A DNA stretch of 34,484 nt, taken from Basidioascus undulatus. Taxonomy: Eukaryota. Shown in pieces: positions 24,562-34,484 of this stretch (position 1 is the first letter of the stretch; every line of letters begins with the position of its first letter). The stretch lies in the NCBI GenBank assembly GCA_000826855.1, contig JTLS01000075.1, positions 1 to 34,484 of the forward strand, read 5' to 3'. The position numbers and the translations under genes were made by a program. Under the pieces are notes generated by a model, which saw only the letters and a program-made list of their open reading frames with translations, ran no database searches and had not been told where the DNA came from.

Positions 24562-25056
24562 TCACGTAGGTGTCACAAAGTTTCGAAAGGCCATCAACAA
24601 CGAGGGGTGTCCACGGAAGTATGGAATAGCGGATGTGTCCACGAGCACCTCTACAGCTGGTAGAGAGGTTACCCAGGCCAGATAATCACCGCCCCGGTAC
24701 ATGATCGGGAAGCTTGCCAAGCGTTGCACGCGGTGGATATGCCTAGTGTTGAGCTCATTCCACGGCTGTACGAGGGTCAAATTGCGAACTGTTTGCCGCG
24801 CTGTCATACGAGCCACATCTGGCAGTGCGTTGCCAAGGACTCGATCTATTACAAGACGTTCGAGGGTATCCTTCATGGGCTCGAGAATTCAGGCCAGTTG
24901 AAACATGACAGAATAGATGTTGTCTCTGTCGAACTCCTGAAATGCGAGTGAGCGGACCTTTTGATGCGAGCACGGGATTGCTCTGCGACGAGTACGCTCG
25001 GCAGCGAGCTCTATGATGCGGTGGTAGAGCTCGAGAGCAAGCGTTGGAATGGTCAT
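24562..25056 (-). pseudogene. F-box-like protein relic, copy B (paralog of copy A, internally deleted and frameshifted)
   Basis: MTIPTLALELYHRIIELAAE...KVRSLAF and MKDTLERLVIDR...RVQRLASFP...YLAWVTSLPAVEVLVD align by eye with copy A (VKDTLARFAIDR...RLQRLAIFP...YLAWLATLPPLQVLVD). The 5' flank is also similar. Confidence 0.7.
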
Positions 25057-25312
25057 TCTGTCGAGTTGTATGTGGTAAAATGCCTCGAGTGAATAGGTGA
25101 AGGGCGTCAGCAGGGAGTGAGCAGATGAGGGTGGGAGGTCAAGGATCGAAGCTCCATGCAGAGCGGTTCGCCAGCACCGCACAGTCTGAAGTTCGATTCG
25201 TCGTTCTTCGCCGGAACTCCTGCTAGTAGTACGTAACTTACTCGTTTCTCGTTTCTCGTTTGTCAGCCGCATCTGCACTGCGAGACACATCTGCGTTATG
25301 ACCATCGGCTCG

Positions 25313-26063
25313 TCAACTCGATTTCGGGAATCTCTTATATGAGCACACTGGCAAGTGGCAAGGAGTAGAGTCAACTGGCCGGAGCGGGGTGGATAGGCTT
25401 GGTGAACTTGAGCGACGTAGTGTTCCAAGTAAGTTGGTGCCCACCAAGAGGCTTTTGGTAAGCCCAAGTGGTTGGACCTCAAAAGATAAGCTGTGGAATG
25501 TGTAAAGTTGGATGGCTTGGGGTCGCTTGCCGGGAGTCTCATGCCGTGGGGAGCCTTCTGTACCACTTTGTTGGTCGCTGCGCTGACTCAACATCGTCTC
25601 CAAACATGGCAAACGTTGCAGCGATGCACCCGCCTCGAATGCTTCGGCGAGCTCCTGGTGCCAGGCTCCGTAGACTAGAATGCTCACGATTCGAACACCT
25701 TTTCTTGCATGGCAGAAAATTTCCAATTTCCAATCCGGAACAAGGAGAGCGTTGGTGTGCGCGCAAAACTGCGAGTTTGCGCGACGCGCCTGGTAGAAGC
25801 GTTCCGACGGCTCGAGATCTTTGAAAGTAGAGATAGTTAGTGGGGAGGGGGATAGAACGGTAGAGCACGGGCATCGCGAGATCCCTCAGCGAGCGAGAGT
25901 CGAGACAGAGGGTTGCCAGGTTCGAGAGGGTTGCGGCATCGCGAGTGAGCGCCTGGCGAGTGTGCGCGTTTCGGTGCTATAGGCGAGCGACCTCGTCGTT
26001 GATGAGCGCGACCTCGTCGTTGATGAGCCTGTGAACATCGAGAGGGATCTCTGACAGGACCAT
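25313..26063 (-). pseudogene. F-box-like protein relic, copy C (more divergent)
   Basis: MVLSEIPLDVHRLINDEVALINDEVARL*HRN...LATLCLDSRSLRDLAMPVLYRSI, with an in-frame TAG at 25979-25977 and further frameshifts downstream. The 3' end is uncertain. Confidence 0.6.
25987..26028. repeat. Perfect 21-bp tandem duplication inside F-box-like relic C
   Basis: gcgacctcgtcgttgatgagc x2, encoding LINDEVA twice on the - strand. Confidence 0.9.
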
Positions 26064-27029
26064 TCTGGTGCTTCAAACAGATGAGCTGAACTCGGTTTGA
26101 GATCGAAAGGGCAACGACGTGGAAGTGAGTGAAAACGGGAGGGCGGTGGTCGTCGAGCTGATGGAGGTTGAGTGGCAAGTTGACCGCAAGCGGATGTGCT
26201 CTGATATGGTCAACGTCCCGGACTTCACCTTCAGGGGTCCGTTGTCTGTTGAAGAAGACACTTGCGTTCCTCCGTCGTTTCAACCCTTCCGCTTATCTTT
26301 GTGTCTTGCCCGCGCCACTGCAGATGACTGCACTAAGCAAATCTAAGTGGATTCCTTATCCAAAAACAGCACGTATGCAGACAGGCGAAGAAGAAGGGAC
26401 CGCGCCAACCATCGCTTCCTGCGTAGGATCTCGGAACAGCCTTGGTCTGAGCAATAGCAGACATGCTGCTCGCTGTCGAGTGATTCCCACCCGATGTTCT
26501 GGAGCAGACGATCCGGAAGACTCTTTCTGAACTTGCGCGCAGGCGGTGGGCGAAACGCTCTGCCGAACTCCATGCCCTGACGCACTGTGACACGGGAGGT
26601 TGACTGTCCAGCAGCTGGACGACGCGGTCAGCTCTTTCTGTCCTTCTTATCCTACCTATCGCAAGCTGTGCTTCTGCAGTTCAGCAATGGTTTCATGCCC
26701 AACATCTCGCTGCCTTGCATAAACAGACATCACAGGCAGCGGCAGTCACGGCTCCTGATCGTCTGCCTGCTGGACCGCAGGAACGGCCCTCGGACCAATA
26801 TTCCTGACCGACGTTCATGGGCGAGGTGCATGAGAGAGAATATGCATGACCGCAAAATGTGGGACGTGCAAGGCGGCAGCGACAGCGGCGGAAGGGGCGA
26901 GGGCGGCTGCGTCCGGCGGGTGCGTGCGTCGCGTCGAGCCCGAACCGGCCGCAACGCGCCGAGGAGCGAGCGGGCGCGGATGTCGTGCACGACATGGTGG
27001 TATTGCTGGATAAGAACAGTAGGCAATTT

Positions 27030-27372
27030 TCAAATGTTGCTGTAAGGAAGACGCGTCAGCCGCTTCAGAGCGTCCCCAAGCAACGCACGCACGCACCTCA
27101 CTCGTATCCCGTCGCCCGCCCACTCACTGCAGCCCCAGCCTCTGCTCGAGCGTCATGCTCTCGCGTCTCTGCTGCGCCGACTGGATGGCATTATACGCTG
27201 CGGAAGATGGTCCGCTCGCCGGCTCGTCCTTGGCCCCCGTCCCAGGCGCGGGCTTCTTCGCGCTCGCGGCAGCAGCGGCTGCGGCGGCGTGCTGCTTGCT
27301 CTCGAGGGAGGCCTTGAAGTCTGCGAGGTCCTGCTGGCGGAGCGGGATGGCGGTGGGGTCGCGTCGGAGCAT
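27030..27372 (-). CDS. CDC26: Anaphase-promoting complex subunit Cdc26
   Basis: ATG at 27372 gives MLRRDPTAIPLRQQDLADFK, matching the Cdc26 N-terminal signature (MLRRxPTxI/LxLxxxDI), followed by a low-complexity tail. A probable last intron (GTGAGT...GCTGAC...TACAG, about 27127-27040) gives ...GLHNI*; unspliced, the frame stops at 27124. Confidence 0.8.
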
Positions 27373-27667
27373 TTCTTTGGCGGATTGATCTCCCAATCAA
27401 GAGCGAGGGAATCGCAAGATGGGCGTTGTCGGCCGAGGAAAGAGAGACGCGACCTCGCTCAAGAGCCATGCACCCCTCCATCCGTATTCCTTCCGCGGAC
27501 TGCCAGCGCGGAGGCTGGTTTTTTTCGCTTGGTCGACTCATCCGCCTGCCCGCCTTCGTTCGCCCCTTGCCTTCTCTTCCCTGCCATCTCCCCTGCTCTG
27601 CTCTGCCCCCTCAGCCTCGCGCTGCCCCAACCCCCTCCGCCAGTGGCTCATCACACACCACCGGCTC
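27373..27667. promoter_or_regulatory. Compact divergent promoter region CDC26 <- -> AAP/CPA1
   Basis: 295 bp separate the two ATGs. There is a pyrimidine-rich tract on the + strand and a Gcn4/Cpc1-like site (ATGAGTCG on -, 27534-27541; one mismatch to ATGAGTCA). Confidence 0.45.
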
Positions 27668-27904
27668 ATGTCGAAGCCGTACCTCAAGTCAACCTCTGAC
27701 GAGTGAGTAAGAGCTTTCGCTTAATTCGACATCGGGCGCGGCGAGGGCGAGGGCGTCTTCCCTGGTTGGCTGGCGGGCGTCGCCTCGCTGATAGCGCCTT
27801 CGTCGTTCGTTGATCCTCCCTCGAAACTTTTTACTGACCACACACACCTTGTTATTCGCAGTTACATCTCTGACGCTGTCTACAAGTCGCTTGCCGCCAA
27901 TTAA
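27668..27904 (+). CDS. Arginine attenuator peptide (AAP) uORF, two exons (27668-27702, 27862-27904)
   Basis: The spliced product MSKPYLKSTSDDYISDAVYKSLAAN* aligns without gaps to N. crassa AAP MNGRPSVFTSQDYLSDHLWRALNA. Intron 27703-27861 has a GTGAGT donor, TACTGAC branch site and CAG acceptor. The uORF stops 70 nt before the CPA1 ATG. Confidence 0.92.
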
Positions 27905-27974
27905 GATCCCCATCCCCCGATCCACCGCTGCCACCATCCACATCCCCCACTTCCCCATCTCCCACTCCCACGCA

Positions 27975-29554
27975 ATGCTCGCTCCCCTCTTCCGCCCCAG
28001 CCCCGCGCTCCTCCCGCGCTTTCCGCGCATGGCGTCCGTGACCGCGACCCGCACGCTCGCGACCGCCGCGCCCACCCTCCTCGGCGGGACGGCCGCGCCC
28101 TCCATCCCTGGCGCGAGTTCCCCGCCCGCGACGCTGCACCTCAAGACGGGGCAGTGCTTCGCGGGGCGGTCGTTCGGCGCGCCGCGCACCGCGTTTGGCG
28201 AGACGGTCTTCAGCACGTCCATCACGTCGTACACAGAGAGCATGACGGATCCGTCCTACCGCGGCCAGATCCTAGTCTTCACCACGCCGCTCATCGGCAA
28301 CTACGGCGTGCCGCTCAACCCGTCCGACCCGCTCGGGCGCTACTCCAACGACATGGTCCTCGAGTCCGCCGGGATTCAGTGTGCCGGCGTCGTCGTCGCC
28401 GACGTCGCCGAGCGCTACTCGCACTACAAGGCCGTTGAGAGCCTCCACGACTGGTGCGCGCGCTACGGCATCCCCGGCATCACGGGGGTCGACACGCGCG
28501 CGATCACCCGCATCCTCCGCGACCAGGGCACGACGCTCGGCAAGCTCGCCGTCGGCGACGCGCACGCCGCGCCCGTCGCGCCCGAGGCGTACTGGGATCC
28601 CTCCGTCGAGAACCTCATCGACCAGGTGTCGACCAAAGAGCCATACGAGCTGAACCCGAACGGGGACGTCAAGATCGCCGTGCTCGACTTCGGGAGCAAG
28701 GCCAACATCCTCCGCGCGCTCGTCGCGCGCAACGCGGCCGTCACTGTTCTCCCCTGGAACTTCGACTTCAACACCGTGCGCGACCAGTTCGACGGGCTGT
28801 TCCTCTCCAACGGTCCCGGCGACCCCAACCACGCGATGGAGGCGGCGCTCAACGTCCGCCGCACCATCCAGGAGTGGGACCGCCCCGTGTTCGGCATCTG
28901 CATGGGCCACCAGATCATCGGCCTCGCTGCGGGGCTCGAGGCCTACCGCATGACCTTCGGGAACCGCGGCCACAACCAGCCCGTCCTCGCCCTCGCCTCG
29001 TCGGGCTCCATCACCGCCGGCCGCGTCTACGTCACGTCGCAGAGTACGTCTTCTCCCTCTCCCATTCCTCCTCCATCTGCTCTCCTCTTCTGTTACGCCG
29101 CTTACCCCTCGCCCCTCCCGCAGACCATCAGTACGCCCTCCGCCTGCAAGAAGAGTTCCCCCAGGGCTGGGAGCCGTTCTTCATTAACTGTAACGACTGT
29201 TCGTCTCTTCGACCTTCCCCCCATCCCCCTCTTCCTCCCTTCTCCCTTCTTCCCTCTTCCCTCTTCCTGCCCTCCGTCTCCTCTCTTCGATCCGATCGAA
29301 CTAACTCCCCCTTCCCCCTCCCCCGCACAGCTTCCGTCGAAGGGGTCAAGTCCACCGCCTCCTCGGGCAAGCGCGTCTGGGGCGTGCAGTTCCACCCCGA
29401 AGCGTACGGCGGCCCGCTCGACACGATCCACATGTTCTCGGACTTTGTCGCCGAGTGCAAGGCTTCTAAGGGCGCGAAGGTCGGCCACCAGCCCGCGCAG
29501 GCGATGGGGACGAGCCAGGGTGCGGGGGAGACGCTCGGCGCTGCTGCTGCTTAA
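27975..29554 (+). CDS. CPA1: Carbamoyl-phosphate synthetase small subunit, arginine-specific, with mitochondrial presequence; introns 29044-29123 and 29199-29330
   Basis: Arg-rich presequence MLAPLFRPSPALLPRFPR; GETVFSTSITSYTESMTDPSYRGQILVFTTPLIGNYGVP; GVDTRAIT; LFLSNGPGDP; catalytic FGICMGHQ; GNRGHNQP; TSQNH; GVQFHPE. Confidence 0.97.
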
Positions 29555-30260
29555 GGAGGGGGAGGGGAGGATAGAGAGGGGGTTGATTTGTAATGACTTA
29601 ATACGCATGATCTGTACTTCCCGCATTGGTTCGGACAATATCGCATTTCGCTCGCATTACCTTTGCTTTGGCTGTTCATGTGGCCATGCGTGGTGCGTGG
29701 GCGTGCGGGTAGGCACTCACACTTGCATGATGGTGAGCGTGTTGACTTATGGACTGAGGCGCAACGATCGGAGCGTGCATCGCGCTTCGGTATGCGATTG
29801 TCGTGCAGTAAACGTGAGTGGGTGGGAGTAAGTTATACTGAGCAGGGGAACAAAGGCGACGTGCAAACGAGTGCGTTGATTCTAGTGCGGGTGTGCCGCC
29901 GGGCTCTCAGACGAAAGGATACGGAGGGACGTGGCGAGTCTTCAACTTCGTCTTTCTTTTTCCGAATAGTTGATGTGTGAATACTGATGGTACAGCGTTG
30001 TTCCGGGCTGCAGCGTCTTTGCTGCTGCCGCGTGAGTTGACTGTCGAGTGAAGCGCTCGAGGCACAAAACCTCGATTGGCCCGCCTCTGTGCAGCTGCGG
30101 CCGTGCGGGACTACAGCAAAGAAGAGAAAATTCTTGTTTGTTTTGTACAGCCCAAATCTGGGGAGAAAAGCATCTGAGCCGAAATGCATAGGTATACCAC
30201 CAGCGCAGATCCCAACCGACGAGTCTCGCCGCAGCCCATCGCGGGCCCGAAGCAGATGCC

Positions 30261-30530
30261 TCATCCTCCTCCCTCCAGCACCTCCGTCACGTACTTCGAG
30301 TCCATGAACTCGTCCACACTCGCGATTTTGTCGCCCTCGAAGCGGAAGGTGAACATGTACTCCTTGTTGTACGGCCGGCCGCTCGTCGTCTTGCCGTCCG
30401 TCTCGACCTGTGGACCAACCCCGTCCCTCGCATGAGTAGGTGGGCCCAAGTAAGGCGTCAGAATGCTCGTGAAATATCAACGTACGTGGCCCAGCGTCAC
30501 CAGGCTCGTTCACCTTATCGAGTCATTCAC
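30261..30530 (-). pseudogene. NTF2/SnoaL-like protein: intact last exon with decayed upstream exons
   Basis: After the acceptor at 30408 the exon reads VETDGKTTSGRPYNKEYMFTFRFEGDKIASVDEFMDSKYVTEVLEGGG*, a typical SnoaL-like C-terminal strand pattern. The preceding exon (donor GTACGT near 30485) has no clean frame. Confidence 0.6.
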
Positions 30531-32458
30531 CTTCTGTGATGTGGAATATGTCATCGACTGAGACAGTAACAATGTTCGAGATGATGATGATTATGTGTTG
30601 TCCAAGCTTATGGAAGCTCTGTCTCTTTCTCGCTGTCCTCGCCTTCTCCCACCTCCTCCGCCCCTTCCTCCCTGGGCATGCACGCTTCCCTGAATAGCAC
30701 CTCCCCCGGTTCACCCCAACACCTCAGAATGAGCTGGCTGGGAACATGCCGCTCTTCCGCTTGTGTGCGCCGTGGGCGCTCGGCTGCGAAGGCGGGTGCT
30801 GCGGGGCCGGCTGCTCGGGCACGGCGGGGGCCGGTTGGGCGTGAGTCTGGTTGTGGGAGGGCTGCTGGTCTGGTGCTCCGGAATAAGCTGACCGTCTGGA
30901 CGTTCTGGATGCTGTAGTAGTTGTGGGTCTGAATGACACGGGGATACGCATGTTTCAGGATGGATTGACCGCGAGCCAGAATGTGCGACCACCAGATGGC
31001 CAAAGCAGCGAAATATTGGACTGCCGTAAATAGTCACTGTCTTGGACTGAGGAGGAGGAGACATTATGCTAATTTTTGCCGATGAACTTGAAAGAGTCGC
31101 AGTGGCCCAGGCAGGCAGGATCGTGGTTGTGGTGAGTGGTAAAGCGTGGCAGAACGCGCGGCGGAGGTTTCCGCGTATTGCGCGTTGAAAATCTGGGGTG
31201 ATGCAATTGCGCCCTAACGCTGGTCCTCCTTTTGTTTGTCTCCTTTAAGAATTTCGTAAGAGATCCTATGGATACATTCGGGCGGCTGTACAGCAAGTGT
31301 GAGGTCCGCTTGCTCAAGCGTTATAGCAAACGGGCGGGGGCGTTCACCATGTGAAATGGAAATGCAATGGAAAGTTAGCGACTTGTCACAAAGTTTATCG
31401 TGATCTGCCGACGTAAACACCTCTCGGAAGAGCTTGTACCTCGCGATCTTTGTTGACACGGAGCTTGGAGCTTGGCTCAACCTGCCCTGCTTTGCATGCA
31501 GGACTTGCACACAGCGACTGAACGCGCAAGGGAGGTAAGGAGACTTTCGATGATGGTGAATATCTTGGTTCCTTTACCTCTGCAGGCTCGGCTTTTTGCG
31601 AGGCTGATGCGATGCAGCTGAATCTGTGCTTCGAGGATTTTGCAGCGGGGTAGAGCGGCTGAAGTCTTTTCACACTCTTCATATAATTGTACTTCTTTCC
31701 ATTATACTTATGCAAGAGAACAACGATATTTGCGTCGGAGGGAAGCCGTGGAAGGAGAACGAGGAACGCGCAGCCGCGATAAGGGCTCCGAGTATCAATG
31801 CCTTATGAGGCTGACCCAGTGATAAGGTACAGAAATAATGCGTTTTTTCCAGGAGCTGCGCCTTCCAATGGGCGGGAGCGGCGAGGAGACTCTACGCAGG
31901 AGCACAGAAGGCCCCCCAGTTTCGCTATACCATGCCTTACTGCGACCTGTTCATCGACCCCTTCAAAGTCAGCAAGCGTTCCTTAAGATACAACCCCACG
32001 GAGGGACCTTGAAGACCACTGAAGACCACGCGAACGTAGCACTCAACTAGAAGAGGTGAAAAGCAACTCAAAGAAAGAAGGAAGACAAACTCGGTTCGCG
32101 GACGTTGACATTGAGCTACTGACCTCCTGCTAGTTCATCTCCACACTTGACCTGGTAGATTTTTCTCAAGGATTGTGCAGAGGGTCGAGTGCAGCATCTG
32201 TGGCAATCCTCACGTCGACCCGAATTCTGGCGGGTGCCCGTTTGCATTGATAGCAGTTCTCCTGTTCCCAGCGCCAGAGATTCCATGTGGCTGTTTGAAG
32301 GACATTTCCACGAAACATGAATATCTTTAGTTTGAAGCATGCCAACAGCTACGAAGTCAACTCACTCCTCCACGACACTCATACGTGATCATATTTCGAA
32401 TCTCCCGCACCCCCCGCTTCTCTCCCACGAAATTAGGACCTTTAGGAATCAGGTACAT

Positions 32459-33417
32459 CTAGCCTTGAATAGTGAAGACTGATAGTCTAGAAGGGTCAGA
32501 AATGGGGTATCTTGCGCCGGCGCTGATTACAAACATACAGGTCAAAGCTATCGGTGATCCAAGCGAGTGCTCCGCCGCAAAGCCAGTGATGTTGAAGCCC
32601 ACCCGGTTTGGGGCGTCGCGTCCGGTAAGCTCTTGCAAGGCTTTCGGAACCTCGAAGCTTTCGGGCTGGTGGTAGAGCGCAAAGATATAACTGGAAATTC
32701 AGGGCGTGTCAGGGGCGGTCAATCCGGGAGAGGCTAGGGTCAAATGACAAACCGATGCAGGCCGCTTCCATTGGGCGGCTGTAATCCGAGAGTGAGCTTG
32801 AGAAGTAATACTGCTTGACCCTCAAGACTCACAGAGGGACTGAAATAAGGCTGAGTGCCCTTGCCCACGAGCAAGCCCTCTCCGCGCAGGATGCGCACGT
32901 TGGTCCAAAAACCATGCAAAATCTGTCCGTTGGTGTCATGTATAAATATTCATAAGGAAAATAAGAGATGAACGGTCTTCACTTACGTCAGGAGCGTATC
33001 GAACGGGGTCCGGATCGATCAGGAAGAGAAGGTGAAGCCCGCTGATGCTGTAATCGGGACTGTACACCGGGTTGGGCGTGAAGTAGACGGAAGGTGGATT
33101 TTGAGCCTCTGTTTTAGTGTTTATGGGTCAATGGAGTTCTTGGCATTTGAAATCCCTGAGTATGGGGGCGCTCGAGGCTGACTTTGCACAAGAAGCAGCT
33201 GGCCCGGGTCAATCTTGACACCGTCAAACGCGACTTGCAGCACGCCGTCCCACTCCACATCGTCAAAGATCTCCGGAGTTATTCGGGAGTTGTTGAGGGC
33301 ATTTTGGGAGGGAGGAAGCAGTTCAGCGAAGGTGGGGGTGTTCTGTGCGGTAACGACGTGTGACGCCAGCAGGAGCACTGCCGCTGGGCAGGCGGCGAGG
33401 ATGGGACGCAGGAGCAT
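32459..33417 (-). CDS. Secreted phosphatidylethanolamine-binding protein (PEBP family), multi-exon
   Basis: Signal peptide MLLRPILAACPAAVLLLASHVVTA; LQVAFDGVKIDPGQLL; LLFLIDPD; ILHGFWTN; PYFSPS|PPNGSGLHR|YIFALYHQP; RVGFNITGFAAEHSLGSPIALT|FFTIQG*. Confidence 0.85.
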
Positions 33418-34484
33418 GGTGCAGGCGGGGGGGGCGGAGAAAGTGAGAGGGATGAAGGGGGGCAGATGAAGTGAGAGGTGTGAGTAGAGGAGGTTTTGTG
33501 CGGTCGCTCCCGGCTGAGATATAGGGCCAGAGAAGGTCTGGGAGAGACCGCAAGTGCGGTCTCGCCGCGCAGCTTAATCCGCCTTGTTCCCTATGGCGTG
33601 TGGTTATTTTACTTGGCCCTGGGTGGATGCCGGTGTGCCGTCAGGGCAGTTCCGTAGAGCGATGGCAAAGCAACACCGATGCGACAGGATAGCCCGCGAC
33701 AGCAGCACTACCGCTTAGCTTGGGGAGATGAATTACAGTCTCCGGTTGAACAAGTATTTTCAAGTGCGGGATATTTCAAGTGGCCTAAAAGTCCTTAGGT
33801 AACTACAGACATGAAGCCGTTATAGAGCAACAGTGTGCGTTACGATGATGAGACTGACGAGCTCGACGCGGAAGATCTCCTGTAAGTCCCGTTGCCTACA
33901 CCCAACGTCATCCGTGCATCGCCTATGACTCGGTTGCACTTATTTTCGGAATTGGAAAATAAACCAGGCAAAATGATGGCATCGACTGGTTTGATCGCCT
34001 GATTGCCGTTCTTCTACAGGGCGCAAATTCTTTGGGAAGAAAGTCAGCGCCGCTATTCAAAGAAGGGGCCAAGCTCGTCCGTTGTAGTCCGAGACAGATG
34101 TGCGAGAAGCTAAACACCAGGCGCAGCTTCTCTTGGCTTTTATCTCACCATCACAATATACTGAACAACCCCTGCCCGAGAGCGGCACCCGCCACATGTG
34201 GTCCATCCAAAAGTCCTCCTGTGAATAATGTAAATGTAAGAGGAGCTTGCAGTCAGAGTGCGCTTTCTGTTTGTCTGCCAAGGAGGCACCCCGGGCATGC
34301 GGCACACACGAGTGCATTGGCAACGTTCGAGACCAGAAGGCGCGCGTCACATACCATGCAGGAGGTATCAAAGTCTGCAGAGTCCGGATGACAGTGGGTA
34401 TACGCGTCTAAACAGTCCAACCATTTAAGAAAAAGAACCCCCCCCCTTCCCCCCCCGAACCACCGACGCCCAGCAGCAGCGTCA

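Noticed and set aside
25977..25979. In-frame TAG codons (also 12412-12414 and 18810-18812) as stop readthrough, A-to-I editing or a variant genetic code
   Set aside because: The same genes also carry frameshifts or TAA stops, and TAG terminates intact genes here (WD40 gene, PEBP). Decay is the simpler explanation.
33..27372. Functional mitosis cluster (NEDD1-like, DML1, CDC26)
   Set aside because: The genes are dispersed among unrelated ones, and co-occurrence is compatible with chance without synteny data.
27810..29831. 673-aa ORF as the CPA1 protein
   Set aside because: It starts at a non-ATG codon inside the AAP intron and reads through introns. The real CDS is 27975-29554 with two introns.
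30600..32400. Short ORFs as a transposon or gene remnant
   Set aside because: No transposase or RT motifs, terminal repeats or consistent splice pattern recognised by eye.
33500..34484. ORFs at the right end of the window
   Set aside because: No recognisable family, and multiple stops in all plausible frames.

Overview
Intron-rich fungal genomic DNA; the GT(G/A)(C/A)GT donors, CTGAC/CTAAC branch sites and C-rich introns suggest a basidiomycete, probably Pucciniomycotina (inference). The ORF track breaks genes into fragments, so I spliced the models by hand. Apparently intact conserved genes are a NEDD1-like WD40/coiled-coil protein (-), Misato/DML1 (-), sphingosine-1-phosphate lyase with about 18 introns (+), a PWWP + TFIIS-N/LEDGF-like chromatin protein (-) head-to-head with TFIIA large subunit TOA1 (+), APC/C subunit CDC26 (-) head-to-head with arginine-specific carbamoyl-phosphate synthetase small subunit CPA1 (+), and a secreted PEBP-family protein (-). 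Decaying accessory genes lie between them: a tandem double-homeodomain gene with frame problems, a truncated ABCC transporter, three F-box-like relics, an NTF2/SnoaL remnant and an unknown gene with a His-Me-finger-like motif. The two best observations are (1) an intron-split 25-codon arginine attenuator peptide uORF ahead of CPA1, missed by the ORF track, with Tyr at the functionally critical Trp19 position, and (2) the double-homeodomain gene. No rRNA, tRNA, CRISPR array or recognisable transposase was found.
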